A stretch of 52,546 nucleotides of DNA, counting the filler, from Squatina squatina (lineage: Eukaryota), in assembly GCA_031763465.1 (NCBI GenBank). It is 3 parts of 2 records of this genome, joined end to end, with 100 filler letters (N's around TTAATTAATTAA, not from the genome) between each part and the next. Parts side by side here need not be neighbours in the genome. Positions count along the whole stretch, not along the records: positions 33,804 to 52,546 come from JARFOE010000016.1; 2 more parts are not named here. One strand, written 5' to 3'. Positions 38,783 to 50,560 of this stretch are shown here, piece after piece. The position numbers and the translations under genes were made by a program. How positions within the stretch are numbered: the first letter of the stretch is position 1; every line of letters starts with the position of its first letter. A model generated the notes under the pieces. That model made no database searches and was not told the origin of the DNA. It was given only the letters and a program-made list of their open reading frames with translations.

Positions 38783-38941
38783 NNNNNNNNNNNNNNNNNN
38801 NNNNNNNNNNNNNNNNNNNNNNNNNNNNNNNNNNNNNNNNNNNNNNNNNNNNNNNNNNNNNNNNNNNNNNNNNNNNNNNNNNCCTGCTCCTATTTTCTAT
38901 GTTTCTATGAGAGTGACTCTCTGTTTCCTTTTCTCTCCTAG

Positions 38942-39070
38942 TTCCGCAACTGCATGATCACCACCCTTTGCTGTGGTAAGAATCCATTCGAAGAGGATGA
39001 GTCCACATCGGCCAGTGCCAGCAAGACAGAGGCTTCCTCCGTCTCCTCCAGCCAGGTGGCCCCTGCATAA
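38942..39070 (+). CDS. RHO: Rhodopsin exon 5 (terminal)
   Basis: ctcctag|[42 protein letters not shown]; palmitoylated CC and VxPx motif. Confidence 0.98.
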   Translation, partial: FRNCMITTLCCGKNPFEEDESTSASASKTEASSVSSSQVAPA

Positions 39071-39929
39071 ACCCTCAACTTGGCAAACTCAGCGAGCGCG
39101 AGGCCAGCACAGCGCCTCTAAGCTGCATCTTCCAAACAAACTGATCGCGTTGAGGTTTGAAGACCCAAGATTTTAAAACCAAAAGAAGTCCAAGCGATAT
39201 AAAATAGTGGAACTTTTCAACTGAGTGGTGAATATTTGAACAGTGCGAATCATTCCATCCTGAGCTTTGTGATAAAACCTAGGAGTCCGACAGTAAGACT
39301 CCCAACCTGCCATGTCGTGAGGATATTGTACATTACACATACATGTGGGCAGCCCAGGTCTCTAGGACTTCCCATTGTTTTTAACGTCCGAATGCTTTTT
39401 ANNNNNNNNNNNNNNNNNNNNNNNNNNNNNNNNNNNNNNNNNNNNNNNNNNNNNNNNNNNNNNNNNNNNNNNNNNNNNNNNNNNNNNNNNNNNNNNNNNN
39501 NAAACTTAGTTTGATGACGTTCCTGTAAAGTGCCTTGGGACGTTTTACTAGGTTAAAGTTGCTATATAAATGCAAGTTGTGGTTGAAAGTGAGAGAAGGT
39601 GGTAGAAATGTTTTCATTTGAGTGAGGACTGAAGGAAATAGGAAGCTGTCCTATTGGTGGCTGTTGTGTCTTTGTTAGTTGTGTGATTGTTAAGATGCTG
39701 ACTGGACGCAGTCATGACAATATTGACTTCTGACCTTTCAACTGTCTCTAGGTCCCTGATGGAGCCTCATTAGCCATGAGCTTGAAAGACAAGTGGGATG
39801 GCACACTGGGACGAGGTATGTCTGGCTGAACTCTAAACTCCAAGGTGGGGTCTCAGTTATACGAAGGGTTATAGAACCATCCAGAGGGGTAAATACAGGT
39901 CTGTGAACAATACAGAACATTAAGAGGTG

Positions 39930-40260
39930 TTTATAAGTTGATAGGGTAGATAGAGAGAAATGATTTCCTCTGGTGGGAGTGTGCAGAACAAGGGGGCATA
40001 ATCTTAAAATTAGAGCTAGGCCATTCAGAGATGATATCAGTACACACTTCTTCACACAAAGGGTAGTAGAAATCTGAAACTCTCTTCCCCCAAAAAACTG
40101 TAGAGGCTAGGTCAATTGAAAATGTCAAAACTGAGATTGACATATTTATCTTAGGCAAGGACATTAAGGGTTATGGAGATGAGATGGATAGATGGATTTA
40201 AGATACAGATCAGTCATGATCGAATTGAATTGCGGAACTGGCTCGAGGGTCTGAATGGCT
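39930..40260 (+). mobile_element. CR1 LINE 3' fragment
   Basis: gatagggtagatagagagaaa...agaacaagggggcataatcttaaaattagagctaggccattcag...cacttcttcacacaaagggtagtagaaatctg. Confidence 0.85.
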
Positions 40261-40360
40261 NNNNNNNNNNNNNNNNNNNNNNNNNNNNNNNNNNNNNNNN
40301 NNNNNNNNNNNNNNNNNNNNNNNNNNNNNNNNNNNNNNNNNNNNNNNNNNNNNNNNNNNN

Positions 40361-41315
40361 CCAGTGAGTGTGTCAGTGTGCATGTCAGTGAATGATTACA
40401 TCAATGATTGGGTTGGTGAGTGAGAGTGTCAGTGAGTGTGTCAGTGAGGGCTTCAGTGTGCGAGCATTTCAGTGAGTGGGTTAGTGAGTGTGTCAGTGAG
40501 TGAGCATGTCAGTGAGTGTGTCAGTGAGTGAGCGTGTCAGTGAGTGTGTCAATGAGTGAGCATGTCAGTGAGGGTGTCACTGAGTGAATGTGTCAGTGTG
40601 TGTGTCAGTGAGTGTTTGTGTCAGTGAGCAAAATGTCAGTGAGTTTGTCACTGAGTGAGCCTGTCAGTGAGCAAGTGTGTCATTGAGCGAGTGTGTCAGT
40701 CAACAAAAGTGTCAGTGAGTGAATGTGTCAGTGAGCGAGTGTGTCAGTGAGTGTGTCAGAGAATGTGCATGTCAGTGTTTGAGCGTACCAGGTAGTGTAT
40801 CAGTGAGCATGTCAGTGAGCAAGTGTGTCAGTGAGTGAGTATGTCAGTGAGCGTGTCAGTAGGTGAGTGTTTCAGTGAGAGAGTATTTTACTGAGCTTGT
40901 GTATCAGTGAGTAAGTATTTCACTGAGTGAAAGTGTCAGTGAGTGAGTGTGTCAGTGAGTGAGTGCTTCAGGGATGTGTCATTGAGCGTGTCAGTGAGTG
41001 CATCTGTGAGTGTATCTGCGAGTGTGTCAGTGAGTTAGTGTGTCAGTGTGTGTGACATTAAGCGAGTGTATCAGTGATGGAGTGTATCAGTGAGTGCGTG
41101 TGTCAGTGAGCGAGAGGTCAGTGAGTGAGTGTGTCAATGATTTAGTGTATCAGTGATTGTATCAATGAATGAGTGTGTCTTTGAGCATGTCAGTGAGCGA
41201 GTGTGTCAGTTTGCGTCAGTGTGTGAGTATGAGTGAAACACTGTCAGTGAGCAGCTGTTTAAGTGAGTGAGCATGTCAGTGAATGAATGTGTCAGTGAGT
41301 TAGTGTTTCAGTGAG
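40361..41315. repeat. Degenerate satellite/minisatellite built on gtgtcagtga(gt) units
   Basis: The whole contig consists of 12-16 nt variants of gagtgtgtcagt. Confidence 0.95.
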
Positions 41316-41531
41316 NNNNNNNNNNNNNNNNNNNNNNNNNNNNNNNNNNNNNNNNNNNNNNNNNNNNNNNNNNNNNNNNNNNNNNNNNNNNNNNNNNNNN
41401 NNNNNNNNNNNNNNNTTAAAAAACATGTGAGTTTGGGAATGAAATGCAAATCAAACCAGATTCAAATGAACAGCAATGTGACAGGAGGTGAGACAGCTGG
41501 AGCAGCAGACAGCTCCCGGCTGTGACTGTAC

Positions 41532-42457
41532 CTGTATCGCTCTTCCTGTAGTGTCTGTAACATGAGTGTATAGTCCCTCTGATAGTGAGATTTCAGACTG
41601 TCAAATGACTCTTCCAATTGGGCCTGTGTCTCTCTCACTTGGAGCAGTTCTTGGAATATTCCCTCGAAGCCTGAGCCGGTGAGGTCCAGTGTGTTGGTTC
41701 TAGAGGTGGGGGGTTCCGGGGGTGCTCCGGACATGCTGTTGGCGCCCGATCCCGACGTGCCACTCGAGCACTCCTCCTCGCACCCGTACCTGGGGCTGGA
41801 CTGTAGGTTGCCACAGAAGCCCAGGCCCTTGAGGCACTCCTCAGCCTGGGCTTCGTCCAGCGAGTCCTTGAGGCCGGGAATGTTGTCTGCGCTGCCGAAC
41901 CTGTTGCGGAGGAGCGATGCAATCTCCCGTGGCTTGGAGACCACAGCACCTGCAGCCGAGTGTGTAGCCTGGGAAAAGCTGGAGAGCCCGCCACGCACGC
42001 TGCCGACCACTCCCTCGCTGAACCCCGTCACCTTGGCCCCCACGCCCTTCAGGCCCTGCTGCATGTCCCACAGCATGTCCTTGGGCTGACGGTGGATGCC
42101 GTTGTGCTCGATCTCGCGCAGCTTGCGGTGATAGTGCTCCAGCTTGCGCTGCAGCTGCAGGATTGTCTGAGCCGACTTCTGGTTCTTCTTCTCGAAGACC
42201 TGCTTGATGCGGACGCCCTGCTGCCGGTCGGCATTGTTGGCCAGCTTGAGGTACTCGGCCACATTGTCGTCCCGGACCGTCTGCTCCACCTTCAGCTGCT
42301 CTGTCAGCTTCAGCACCTTCTGCTGCAGGTGGGCGATGGCAGCTTTTGTCCGCTGTGGGTCCAGGGCACCATCCAAGCCATCCACACTGATCCCGCCATC
42401 TGAGCTCGAGGCAATCACACTCGATGGGGCCAAGTTGTTCACTTCCAGACGTTCAAT
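41532..42457 (-). CDS. TMCC1: TMCC1 large coiled-coil exon
   Basis: gtag|[13 protein letters not shown]...[15 protein letters not shown]...[10 protein letters not shown](R)|gtacag; 926 nt, phase 0-2. Confidence 0.96.
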
Positions 42458-42722
42458 CTACGATACAGAACCAAAGATCAACAAATTGTGCACAAGGATT
42501 TTGTTTTTTTTAAAAAGTAGAACAAATGGTGAGAACTCTAAGTCAGGGCAATTATGAGAAATGACCGAATTCCCTCCCTTCCTCCCTCACAAACCCGAGC
42601 AGCTTTGCCGTTGTAAGCCAAGNNNNNNNNNNNNNNNNNNNNNNNNNNNNNNNNNNNNNNNNNNNNNNNNNNNNNNNNNNNNNNNNNNNNNNNNNNNNNN
42701 NNNNNNNNNNNNNNNNNNNNNN

Positions 42723-42895
42723 GTCTTACCTGCTAATCTATTTGCCCAGTCCACATTAGCCAACTCTGTCCTCATTCCTTCGTAATTCCCCTTATTTAAA
42801 TTGAACACAGTTGTTTCTGACCCAAATTCCTCACTTTCAAACTGAATGCTAAAATCTACCATGTTATGGTCACTACTTCAGAGGGGATCCTTTAC
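42723..42895 (-). mobile_element. CR1 LINE fragment (end of endonuclease domain)
   Basis: SDHNMVDFSIQFESE...NLNKGNYEGMRTELANVDWANRL. Confidence 0.85.
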
Positions 42896-43099
42896 TCAAT
42901 ACCCTCTCTTTTCCACCTGGCCAGCAGTCATGTTTGAATCTGGGCAGAGAGTGGTGACTGGCTGTTCAACCATGATGGGCATCGCAAACCCAATACTGTC
43001 TGTACCGAACAGAGGCAGGCTTATCTTTTCAACAACGGTGGCAGCTGGTGCCCAGGGGAACCAGCAAGAGCCTCCAGGAGATAAGGGGAGGGGAAGAGA

Positions 43100-43400
43100 G
43101 TGAGATGTGAGAGAGAGAGACAGACAGACAGACAGAGTGTGACAGAAAGAGAGATGGAGAGAGTGAGACCGTGTGAGATAGAGCCGCAGAATGAGATAGA
43201 GAGACAGACAGAAGGAGGTAGAGAGAAAGAGAGACAGTGAGATAGAGATGGAGTGAGTTAAAGACACAAAGACAGAATAGAGAGGACGAGAGACAGAGAA
43301 AGTGACAGTGAGATAAAGGCAAACAGTTACACAGAGAAAGAATATGGTGCTGAGAGAGACAGTGAAACTAAGAGAGAGGGACCGAGGGAAAGAGAGAAAG
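43100..43400. repeat. Degenerate (GA/GACA)n simple repeat
   Basis: Directly visible purine-rich tract. Confidence 0.9.
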
Positions 43401-44545
43401 AAGCGTGCAGTGCTTGCAGGCAGATTGTAAAATTAAAATCCTGGACAGGAGACAAAAGCTACAAAAACAGGAGACGGAGAAAGACTAAGCCAGAGTATGA
43501 GACAAAATTAGTAAAAAAACAAAGCCCAATAAAATACTTTCCATAGACACACTGGTAGTCGGCTGACAGTCGGCTGATAGTCAAGGTAGGAGGCCATCTT
43601 GTAGTGAAATGTGAGGGATTGGCCTAGATACTAATAAAAACGGTGCCGCAGTTTTCACAGGGAGTATGGAACAATCAGAGGGGATGTAGAACAGTTGGTG
43701 GAGGTTACTAAGCAAAGAGAAATGGCTCTAAAGAAGTTACTCAAATCATTGAGACCTGATGGTACATGCACCAGGATCCGGAGAGAAGCTAGGGAAGGAG
43801 TTGCAGAGGTATTCTGCTATTTGGAAAATACTTTTCCAAAACTCTGTGGAAAGAAATATTGTACCGAAGGACTGGAGGGTGACAAATGTGGCAACTCTGT
43901 TTAAAAAAGGAGACAAGAGCAAGCCAGGAAATTATAGATCGGTCTGTCTTACTTCAGTTGTTAATGAACTACCAGAGTCCTTAACACTCGGTGAAATTAC
44001 TTGGTGGAATCTGAATGAACCAGGACTAGTTTGTGTGGATTTCAAAAAGGGCAGGTTTGGCTTGACCGACTTTGCAGAAAAGTAACAGTGGAAAGTGTAG
44101 CTAAAGGAACCACAGTAGATGTGATTTACCTGGATTTAAACAACATTTGTGAAGGTACCACATGAGGGGCTAATGGCAAAGATAATAATACATAGAATTA
44201 AGGGGATAAAGAGATGGTTAGAAGGCAGACATGGAAGTTACTCAGAGTGGAAAGATGTGGTGAGTGGTGTTTCACATGAGTCTATGTTGGCACCAGCCTT
44301 ATTTACTATTTGCATAAATGATCCAGATGTAGTAATTAAGGGAATAATATTGAATATTGGGAGTGAAGCATGGTATGTTGTAACAGGGATTGTTAGGACC
44401 ACAAGAAGACAGAGATAGTCCAGCAGGGTGGGTGGGTAAGTGGCAGATGCAGTTCAATATACAGAAACGTAAAACAAAGCACTTTGGAACAATAGGGAAG
44501 GAAATAGATCTTAAATGGCAAAGATTTTAAAGGAAGCAGACGAGC
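43400..44545 (+). mobile_element. CR1 LINE ORF2 RT fragment, degenerate
   Basis: IVPKDWRVTNVATLFKKGDKSKPGNYRSVCLTSVV, VDVIYLD and WKDVVSGV..ESML.P.LFTI.IND motifs with frameshifts. Confidence 0.92.
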
Positions 44546-45202
44546 NNNNNNNNNNNNNNNNNNNNNNNNNNNNNNNNNNNNNNNNNNNNNNNNNNNNNNN
44601 NNNNNNNNNNNNNNNNNNNNNNNNNNNNNNNNNNNNNNNNNNNNNAATCTTCCTTTGTATTTGTATTTCCTCACACTAGGCAGCAACCTGGTGAATCTGT
44701 GCTGGCTCAACATCGTCCCAGGTCTGCCCCCAGTATCCCACTGTAGTTGTGCAATGCTATTCTATAGATTCCCCATTACATCTCGACTTTCATATCTGTG
44801 TCTCTTGCCATAAAGCCCAGCATTCCAGCTGTTATGGCCAGTTCAGCTCCTTCACACCATCAGACTCAGGAACCCCTCCAAACCAGCACCCCAATGACAT
44901 CACCAGCATGCAGTTTTCCAACATTAAGAGAAAGCCTTCAGGAAATGGTTGAGTGAAAGGTCCTCCACTGTGAACAGAAGTCTCCGGCACGATCAACAAA
45001 AACGCATATGCTGGAGGACCAGCTCTCGAGCGCAAGGACTGTGCAGACTGGCAACCTGCTCCAAACCACTCAGCACAAACCAGTCAGCTACTCCAAACAC
45101 AACCGGTTTTCAAAGTCTTCCACTGGAAGGTATACAGTACTCGACAACCAGAATCTGACAGGTCAGGAACTTTTACATTGAAAAAGAAAAGCAAGCAATT
45201 AC

Positions 45203-45775
45203 CCGATCCAGCTCATCTCCTGAATGAGGACTGAAGGTCAGTGGCTCCACAAACAATGAGGAGGTGGGTGCATCGGTGGTCGAGGAGGACCGGGGTCTGC
45301 CGGAGTGTAACAGGAGGCCACTTACACCATCCGGGGCCGACTTGCGAGATATCTGTGGGCTTCCCCTGGGAGGGTCGAACTTGCTTCTCCGGCTGTGCAG
45401 GCTCGTGCCCCGTTTCATCATGGGAGCCACTCGGATCTGCTGCAAGACCCTGTTGAGAGTGGTGGGCTGGGCAGGAGAGTGGTGGGCCGGAGAAACCCAG
45501 TCCAGTTCAGCGGCTGGGGTGGAGATGTCCGGACTCGGGGGCTCCTGGTCGGCCTGAACGTGGAGAACATCTTGGGGGGACACGGACGATCGGCGTCGCT
45601 GGTGGTGAAACAGCTGCTTTAAACCCTGGCCTAGGGAGCCAAAGTTCTCCAAAGCGTTGTGTGTTATCTTGGACAAGGAGTGTTCGGATTCGCTCGACTT
45701 CCTGAACTCAATATCTGTGGGTCTGGTGCCACTGTCTGGGTCATTAAGTGAAGGGTCATTATTAGTCTGCTCCAT
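45203..45775 (-). CDS. TMCC1: TMCC1 first coding exon (long isoform)
   Basis: MEQTNNDPSL...LSKITHNALEN...HQRRRSSVSP...LNRVLQQIRV..MKRGTSLHSRR...GRPRSSSTTDAPTSS...ELDR|gtaatt; 573 nt, phase 0. Confidence 0.95.
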
Positions 45776-46708
45776 CTGAAGCTTTTTCTTTTGATTTCTA
45801 AATTCATATATATATATTTACTGATATATATATATATATATATGGCACAGGTCTCTTTAAATAATCATTTCGCTTGGTGGTCTAGCTTCTGCATAGTTGT
45901 GCAGTCATGTTAGATTTCAGCATGCACGCACCTGTCAATGTCACCTCATGCTCATCTAACAAAGGAAAAAAAGCAAACGTTACATTTCATGCATATTTAA
46001 ATGTAAAAGTATTGAGCTGTGCGAGCTTAAACATTTCTGATCTCTGTTCATCCTGCCATTTAAAATACAGTACTTTGATGAGGTTCACCTCTTTACAGGT
46101 CAATAACCTGGGTACACTTTTCGTTATCGGTTTGATCTTTGCAAAAGTGTGATTTCTAAACTAACACTGCACAGGCTCATGATATTCAGCCTCTTGGTTT
46201 CGGTCACTAATTACACATTGCTGCATGGTCTACAGGAAAACCATCCCACGCATCAATGGGGACAAGATATCAGCTTCGGCCCCAAAGACAATTAAGGCAT
46301 TTAAATCTTGGGGGGGAAAAAAATGATTTACCCGTTTTATCTTGTAGCAAACACACAGAAAGCAGGTGTGCTCAGTTTGTGGCTATCTGCACCCAAAGTC
46401 AAATAGGAGTTACACATTAACAGATCAAACACACAGAGTGAACGCTGAAAGATCAGAAATCCTTTCCTTGCACATTTAGCACCCAAAATTAGATTAGAAG
46501 CGATAAGTAAAAACAGTAACAGCACTTGCAGCAGAAACAGCAACATCGACAGCAACAAGACCAGCAGTAATGTACTGGTAATAAAACTTGCAGCAATTCT
46601 AATTCATGNNNNNNNNNNNNNNNNNNNNNNNNNNNNNNNNNNNNNNNNNNNNNNNNNNNNNNNNNNNNNNNNNNNNNNNNNNNNNNNNNNNNNNNNNNNN
46701 NNNNNNNN

Positions 46709-46837
<129 letters not shown>

Positions 46838-47107
46838 TGAGCTGCTGATTGTGATGGTGTGATCTCACCATTTGCAGTATAATGTTTCTTGCAGGTTCTC
46901 GAGAGCTGTTTTATATGTTAGTTTTGAGTTGGAATGGGTGGGGTGGGGTGGGGTGAATTCCAAAGTACAAGAGAAATGTTAGAAGCCTTGTCAGCATGTG
47001 GATAGGAGTATGAACAGAAGTGCATGCTGGAGGAATTGGGTGGCTTTGTGCTAGAGACCGGCAAGTGGGGAATTTTATTTTCAATTAAAATCTGTTTCTT
47101 CCCTTAA

Positions 47108-47293
<186 letters not shown>

Positions 47294-47457
47294 TAAGAAT
47301 CCCTCGTGTAACTGTTTGTGATGTTTGTGACTGTCCGCGAAAGAGGCCGTTTCTGATTGGAGTTACAACTATTTGGTTTCTCTGAGGCCATGCACTAGTG
47401 GGGCTTCCCTGGGTTGGGTCTACGGCGCATTACTGCACTGGCCTGGAATGTCTGAAA

Positions 47458-47973
47458 TATGAAATATAGACAATAGGAGCAGGATTAGGCCATTCAGCCC
47501 TTTGAGCCTGCTCCGCCATTCAATATGACCATGGCTGATCTAATAACTCAGTACCATGTTCCCACTTTCTCCCCATACCCCTAGATGCCTTTAGTATCAA
47601 GAAATATATCTATCTCCTTCTTAAATATATTTGGTGACTTGGTCTCCACGGCCTTTTGTGGCAGAGAATTCCACAGGTTCACCACTCGAGTGAAGAAATT
47701 TCTCATCTCAGTCTTAAACCCATATTCTGAGACTGTGACCCCTGGTTCTAGACTCCCCAGCCAGGGGAAACATCCTTCCTGCATCTATTCTGTCTAGTCC
47801 TGTCAGAATTTTATACGTTTCAATGAGGTCCCCTCTCATTCTTATAAACTCTAGAGAATACAGGCCTAATCGCCCCAATCTCTCCTCATACGTCAATCCT
47901 GCCATCCCAGGAATCAGTCTGGTGAACCTTCGCTGCACTCCCTCCATGGCAAGAACATCCTTCCTCAGATAAG
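47458..47973 (-). mobile_element. Relatively young CR1 LINE 3' end in an RPL32 intron
   Basis: YLRKDVLAMEGVQRRFTRLIPGMAGLTYEERLGRLGLYSLEF..MRGDLIETYKIL; RVVNLWNSLPQKAVE; full 3' UTR. Confidence 0.95.
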
Positions 47974-48419
47974 NNNNNNNNNNNNNNNNNNNNNNNNNNN
48001 NNNNNNNNNNNNNNNNNNNNNNNNNNNNNNNNNNNNNNNNNNNNNNNNNNNNNNNNNNNNNNNNNNNNNNNNNTTCTACGGATTCTTCAACCATTTCTAC
48101 TCCTAAATTTCCAATATGTAGTCCCAGTGGACGAGGCTCTCCATCAGTAGTACGGACTCATAAAATTATCCCACAGTCTCATCCACTTTACTTGTTTTAC
48201 TATGAAAGAACTTATAAAATGCATTTAAAATGAGGTCACAATATGATTGTTTTAAATTACAAATCGCTGTTCTTTTGATCCCTGACCTGAATTCAGTTAT
48301 TCCCCTGCTATACATGGTTTTAATGGGAGTCTGAAATATATTTTTTAAAAAAAACCCCACAGATGAGCAGCAGGAGAACTATAATTGATTTCCGTACCTA
48401 CGAGCAGAGACTAAATAAA

Positions 48420-48625
48420 ATCACACAGGATTCCCACTCCTGTTTGCTCTCCCATGACATTCACCAGAAAGTGCACATGTATAGACATCAGGTAAGAATA
48501 GGATCAGGCTCAGCTGTGATGCTCTCACAGTTCGAATAGCCTGCCAACACTCACTGTCAAGGCTGACGTGTGGAGAAAAATGGCTACTTGAGTGAGGTAC
48601 CAAAGGGTTGCTGCCACTGGAGTAC
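48420..48625 (-). repeat. Old interspersed repeat (SINE-like), with a related copy at 42905-43010 (+)
   Basis: cagtgagtgttggcaggctattcgaactgtgagagcatcacag aligns with cagagagtggtgactggctgttcaaccatgatgggcatcgca. Confidence 0.5.
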
Positions 48626-50169
48626 CATAGCCCAACATAGGTCAGCAACTTCAGGAGACAGGGGAGAAAATTTGAAAAAGCAAAATTGAAAAAATATGCA
48701 CACGGAAACATAAAAGAGCACTATAAAAGTAACAGCTTATGCTGCCCCACAAAGCATTTGTACAGACATGTACATTCTGTTCTTTTAATACATTGTTTTA
48801 ATGAAAGACAAATCATGATTTGTATCATCATTGCCAACTTCAGCAAAGGAGTGGCAGCCATACAAATTACGTAATGAAGGTCTATCTAACAGGAATAATG
48901 CTATAATGGGCACAGTCAAAATAATTAATTGTGTGCTATCATTGTCTTTTGTGTAAAATGTTTTTCACGTAAAAATATTCATAAGGAATTTTGTGATATC
49001 CAAGAGTTTTGATATGGTTGTACTCGTAGCTAATTATATACATGTTTGCACTTCAATTTAACCTTTGTATTGTCTGTTTAAATGGTGAACCATTTTGTGC
49101 TGTGAATGTAAATGTGTGCACCCAAAAATGATGTATGATATCTTCAATAACATATTGAGTCATGTTGTTTTTCATTTGTGAAATGTTTTACCCGGAGCTC
49201 ATTTGTGCCTGCAGTGTTTGTGAATTTTGGTACTCGCACTGATGTGAAAGAAAAGCATTTTATGTACTGTCACCGGTGTGATATCCTAACAGCAACTCAG
49301 TGGGCTACATATAGCATGATTTTTTTTCCCGTGACCTCAATGGCCCTGCTTCAATTACATCACTGCTGTAGTGCCTTTGACACTGATGCAGAGTTGGGTG
49401 CGAGTGAAATTAACGACAATCCCTAGGTCGTTGACCAAGATTTAATCGATTAGCTGCTGATTGGGCATTTGTTCCTGTTGAAAACCCGTACTAAAAGATT
49501 GATGGCTAAATTTACAGTGTGGTGCTGCATGGGTTATTTAATAGGAGCATGCACTTGCTGTTTAGTAATGGCTACAAGTTTCTGAAAATTCAGCTTCTAT
49601 TTTGGAATGGTGGACCTCAAGCCAATGAAAGCACTCTGTTAACACCGTGTGCTTGAATCAACCCCGTCCCCTATTCTAGCATAGAGCCACCATTGTGTTC
49701 TGCCAATCCATACAAATCAATTGAAGCTGGAAATAGCGTGTTCAGCATGTTTTGTGTTTTTTCAGTATTTACCCACATCCCACAAGTTAATATTCTTGCT
49801 TCGGTAGTTGCTGGCTTAAAAAAAAATGCAGTTTCTCCTGCCGTAGTTTTAAAAAAAAAAAATTTTTGTTTATTTAAAAACTTTAATTTTATTCCATTTG
49901 CAACGTCTGGCCAACATTTTTCTGTACAAATGTCACTTGCTAGAGCTTGATGCAAAGATCTTGTGATTGTTGTGTTGTCTTGAATAATAAAGATACATAA
50001 ATATTCAGATTAGCTTGTTTTTAAAAAAAAAATGATGCAGATTTTTCTTAATTGGAAANNNNNNNNNNNNNNNNNNNNNNNNNNNNNNNNNNNNNNNNNN
50101 NNNNNNNNNNNNNNNNNNNNNNNNNNNNNNNNNNNNNNNNNNNNNNNNNNNNNNNNNNATCAAACTCTC

Positions 50170-50560
50170 CTCATCTCGGGAGGAGTCCGTGTTCCACATC
50201 TATGTTGAGTGTGTGAGGTTGCACTCTTCCACTACTTGAAGGGGCTGCTCCTCAAATTCTGGTTGCACTTCAGTCCCACGCTCCTGATCTTTAGGCATCT
50301 AGTGCAGGGGGTGCGGGCCGGTCAGAGGCCCTCCTCGTGAGCCTGCTCCTGGGCCTGGCCAAGTTAGCCATCAATAGGTCAGGCAGCGGGTGACCGAGAG
50401 GGTCGTTTGCCCAGACTGCCTGCCTCTCTTCCACGGCTATGCCCGCGCCCAGGTGTCCCTGGAGATGGAGCTAGCGGTGTCCGCCGGTACACCTGTGGCC
50501 TTCCGTGACCAGTGGGCACCGGGGGAACTGGAGTGCATTCTCACTGGGGAAAATTTGATT
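50170..50560 (+). mobile_element. L1/Tx1-clade LINE ORF2 C-terminal fragment
   Basis: EESVFHIYVECVRL / HYLKGLLLKFWLHFSPTLLIF / LLVSLLLGLAKLAINRS: zinc-knuckle tail typical of Tx1 elements; frameshifted. Confidence 0.8.

Noticed and set aside
38783-38882. Rhodopsin pseudogene or exon deletion
   Set aside because: The missing exons coincide with an unsized gap; visible exons and promoter are intact.
40361-41315. Repeat array as a CRISPR or coded structure
   Set aside because: Degenerate short tandem units with no unique spacers and no cas genes; an ordinary vertebrate satellite.
41635-42557. Overlapping and antisense ORFs on the TMCC1 exon
   Set aside because: Shadow frames of a GC-rich coding exon.
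42896-43322. Alternative TMCC1 first exon
   Set aside because: The ORFs derive from a GA simple repeat and an old interspersed repeat related to 48420-48625.
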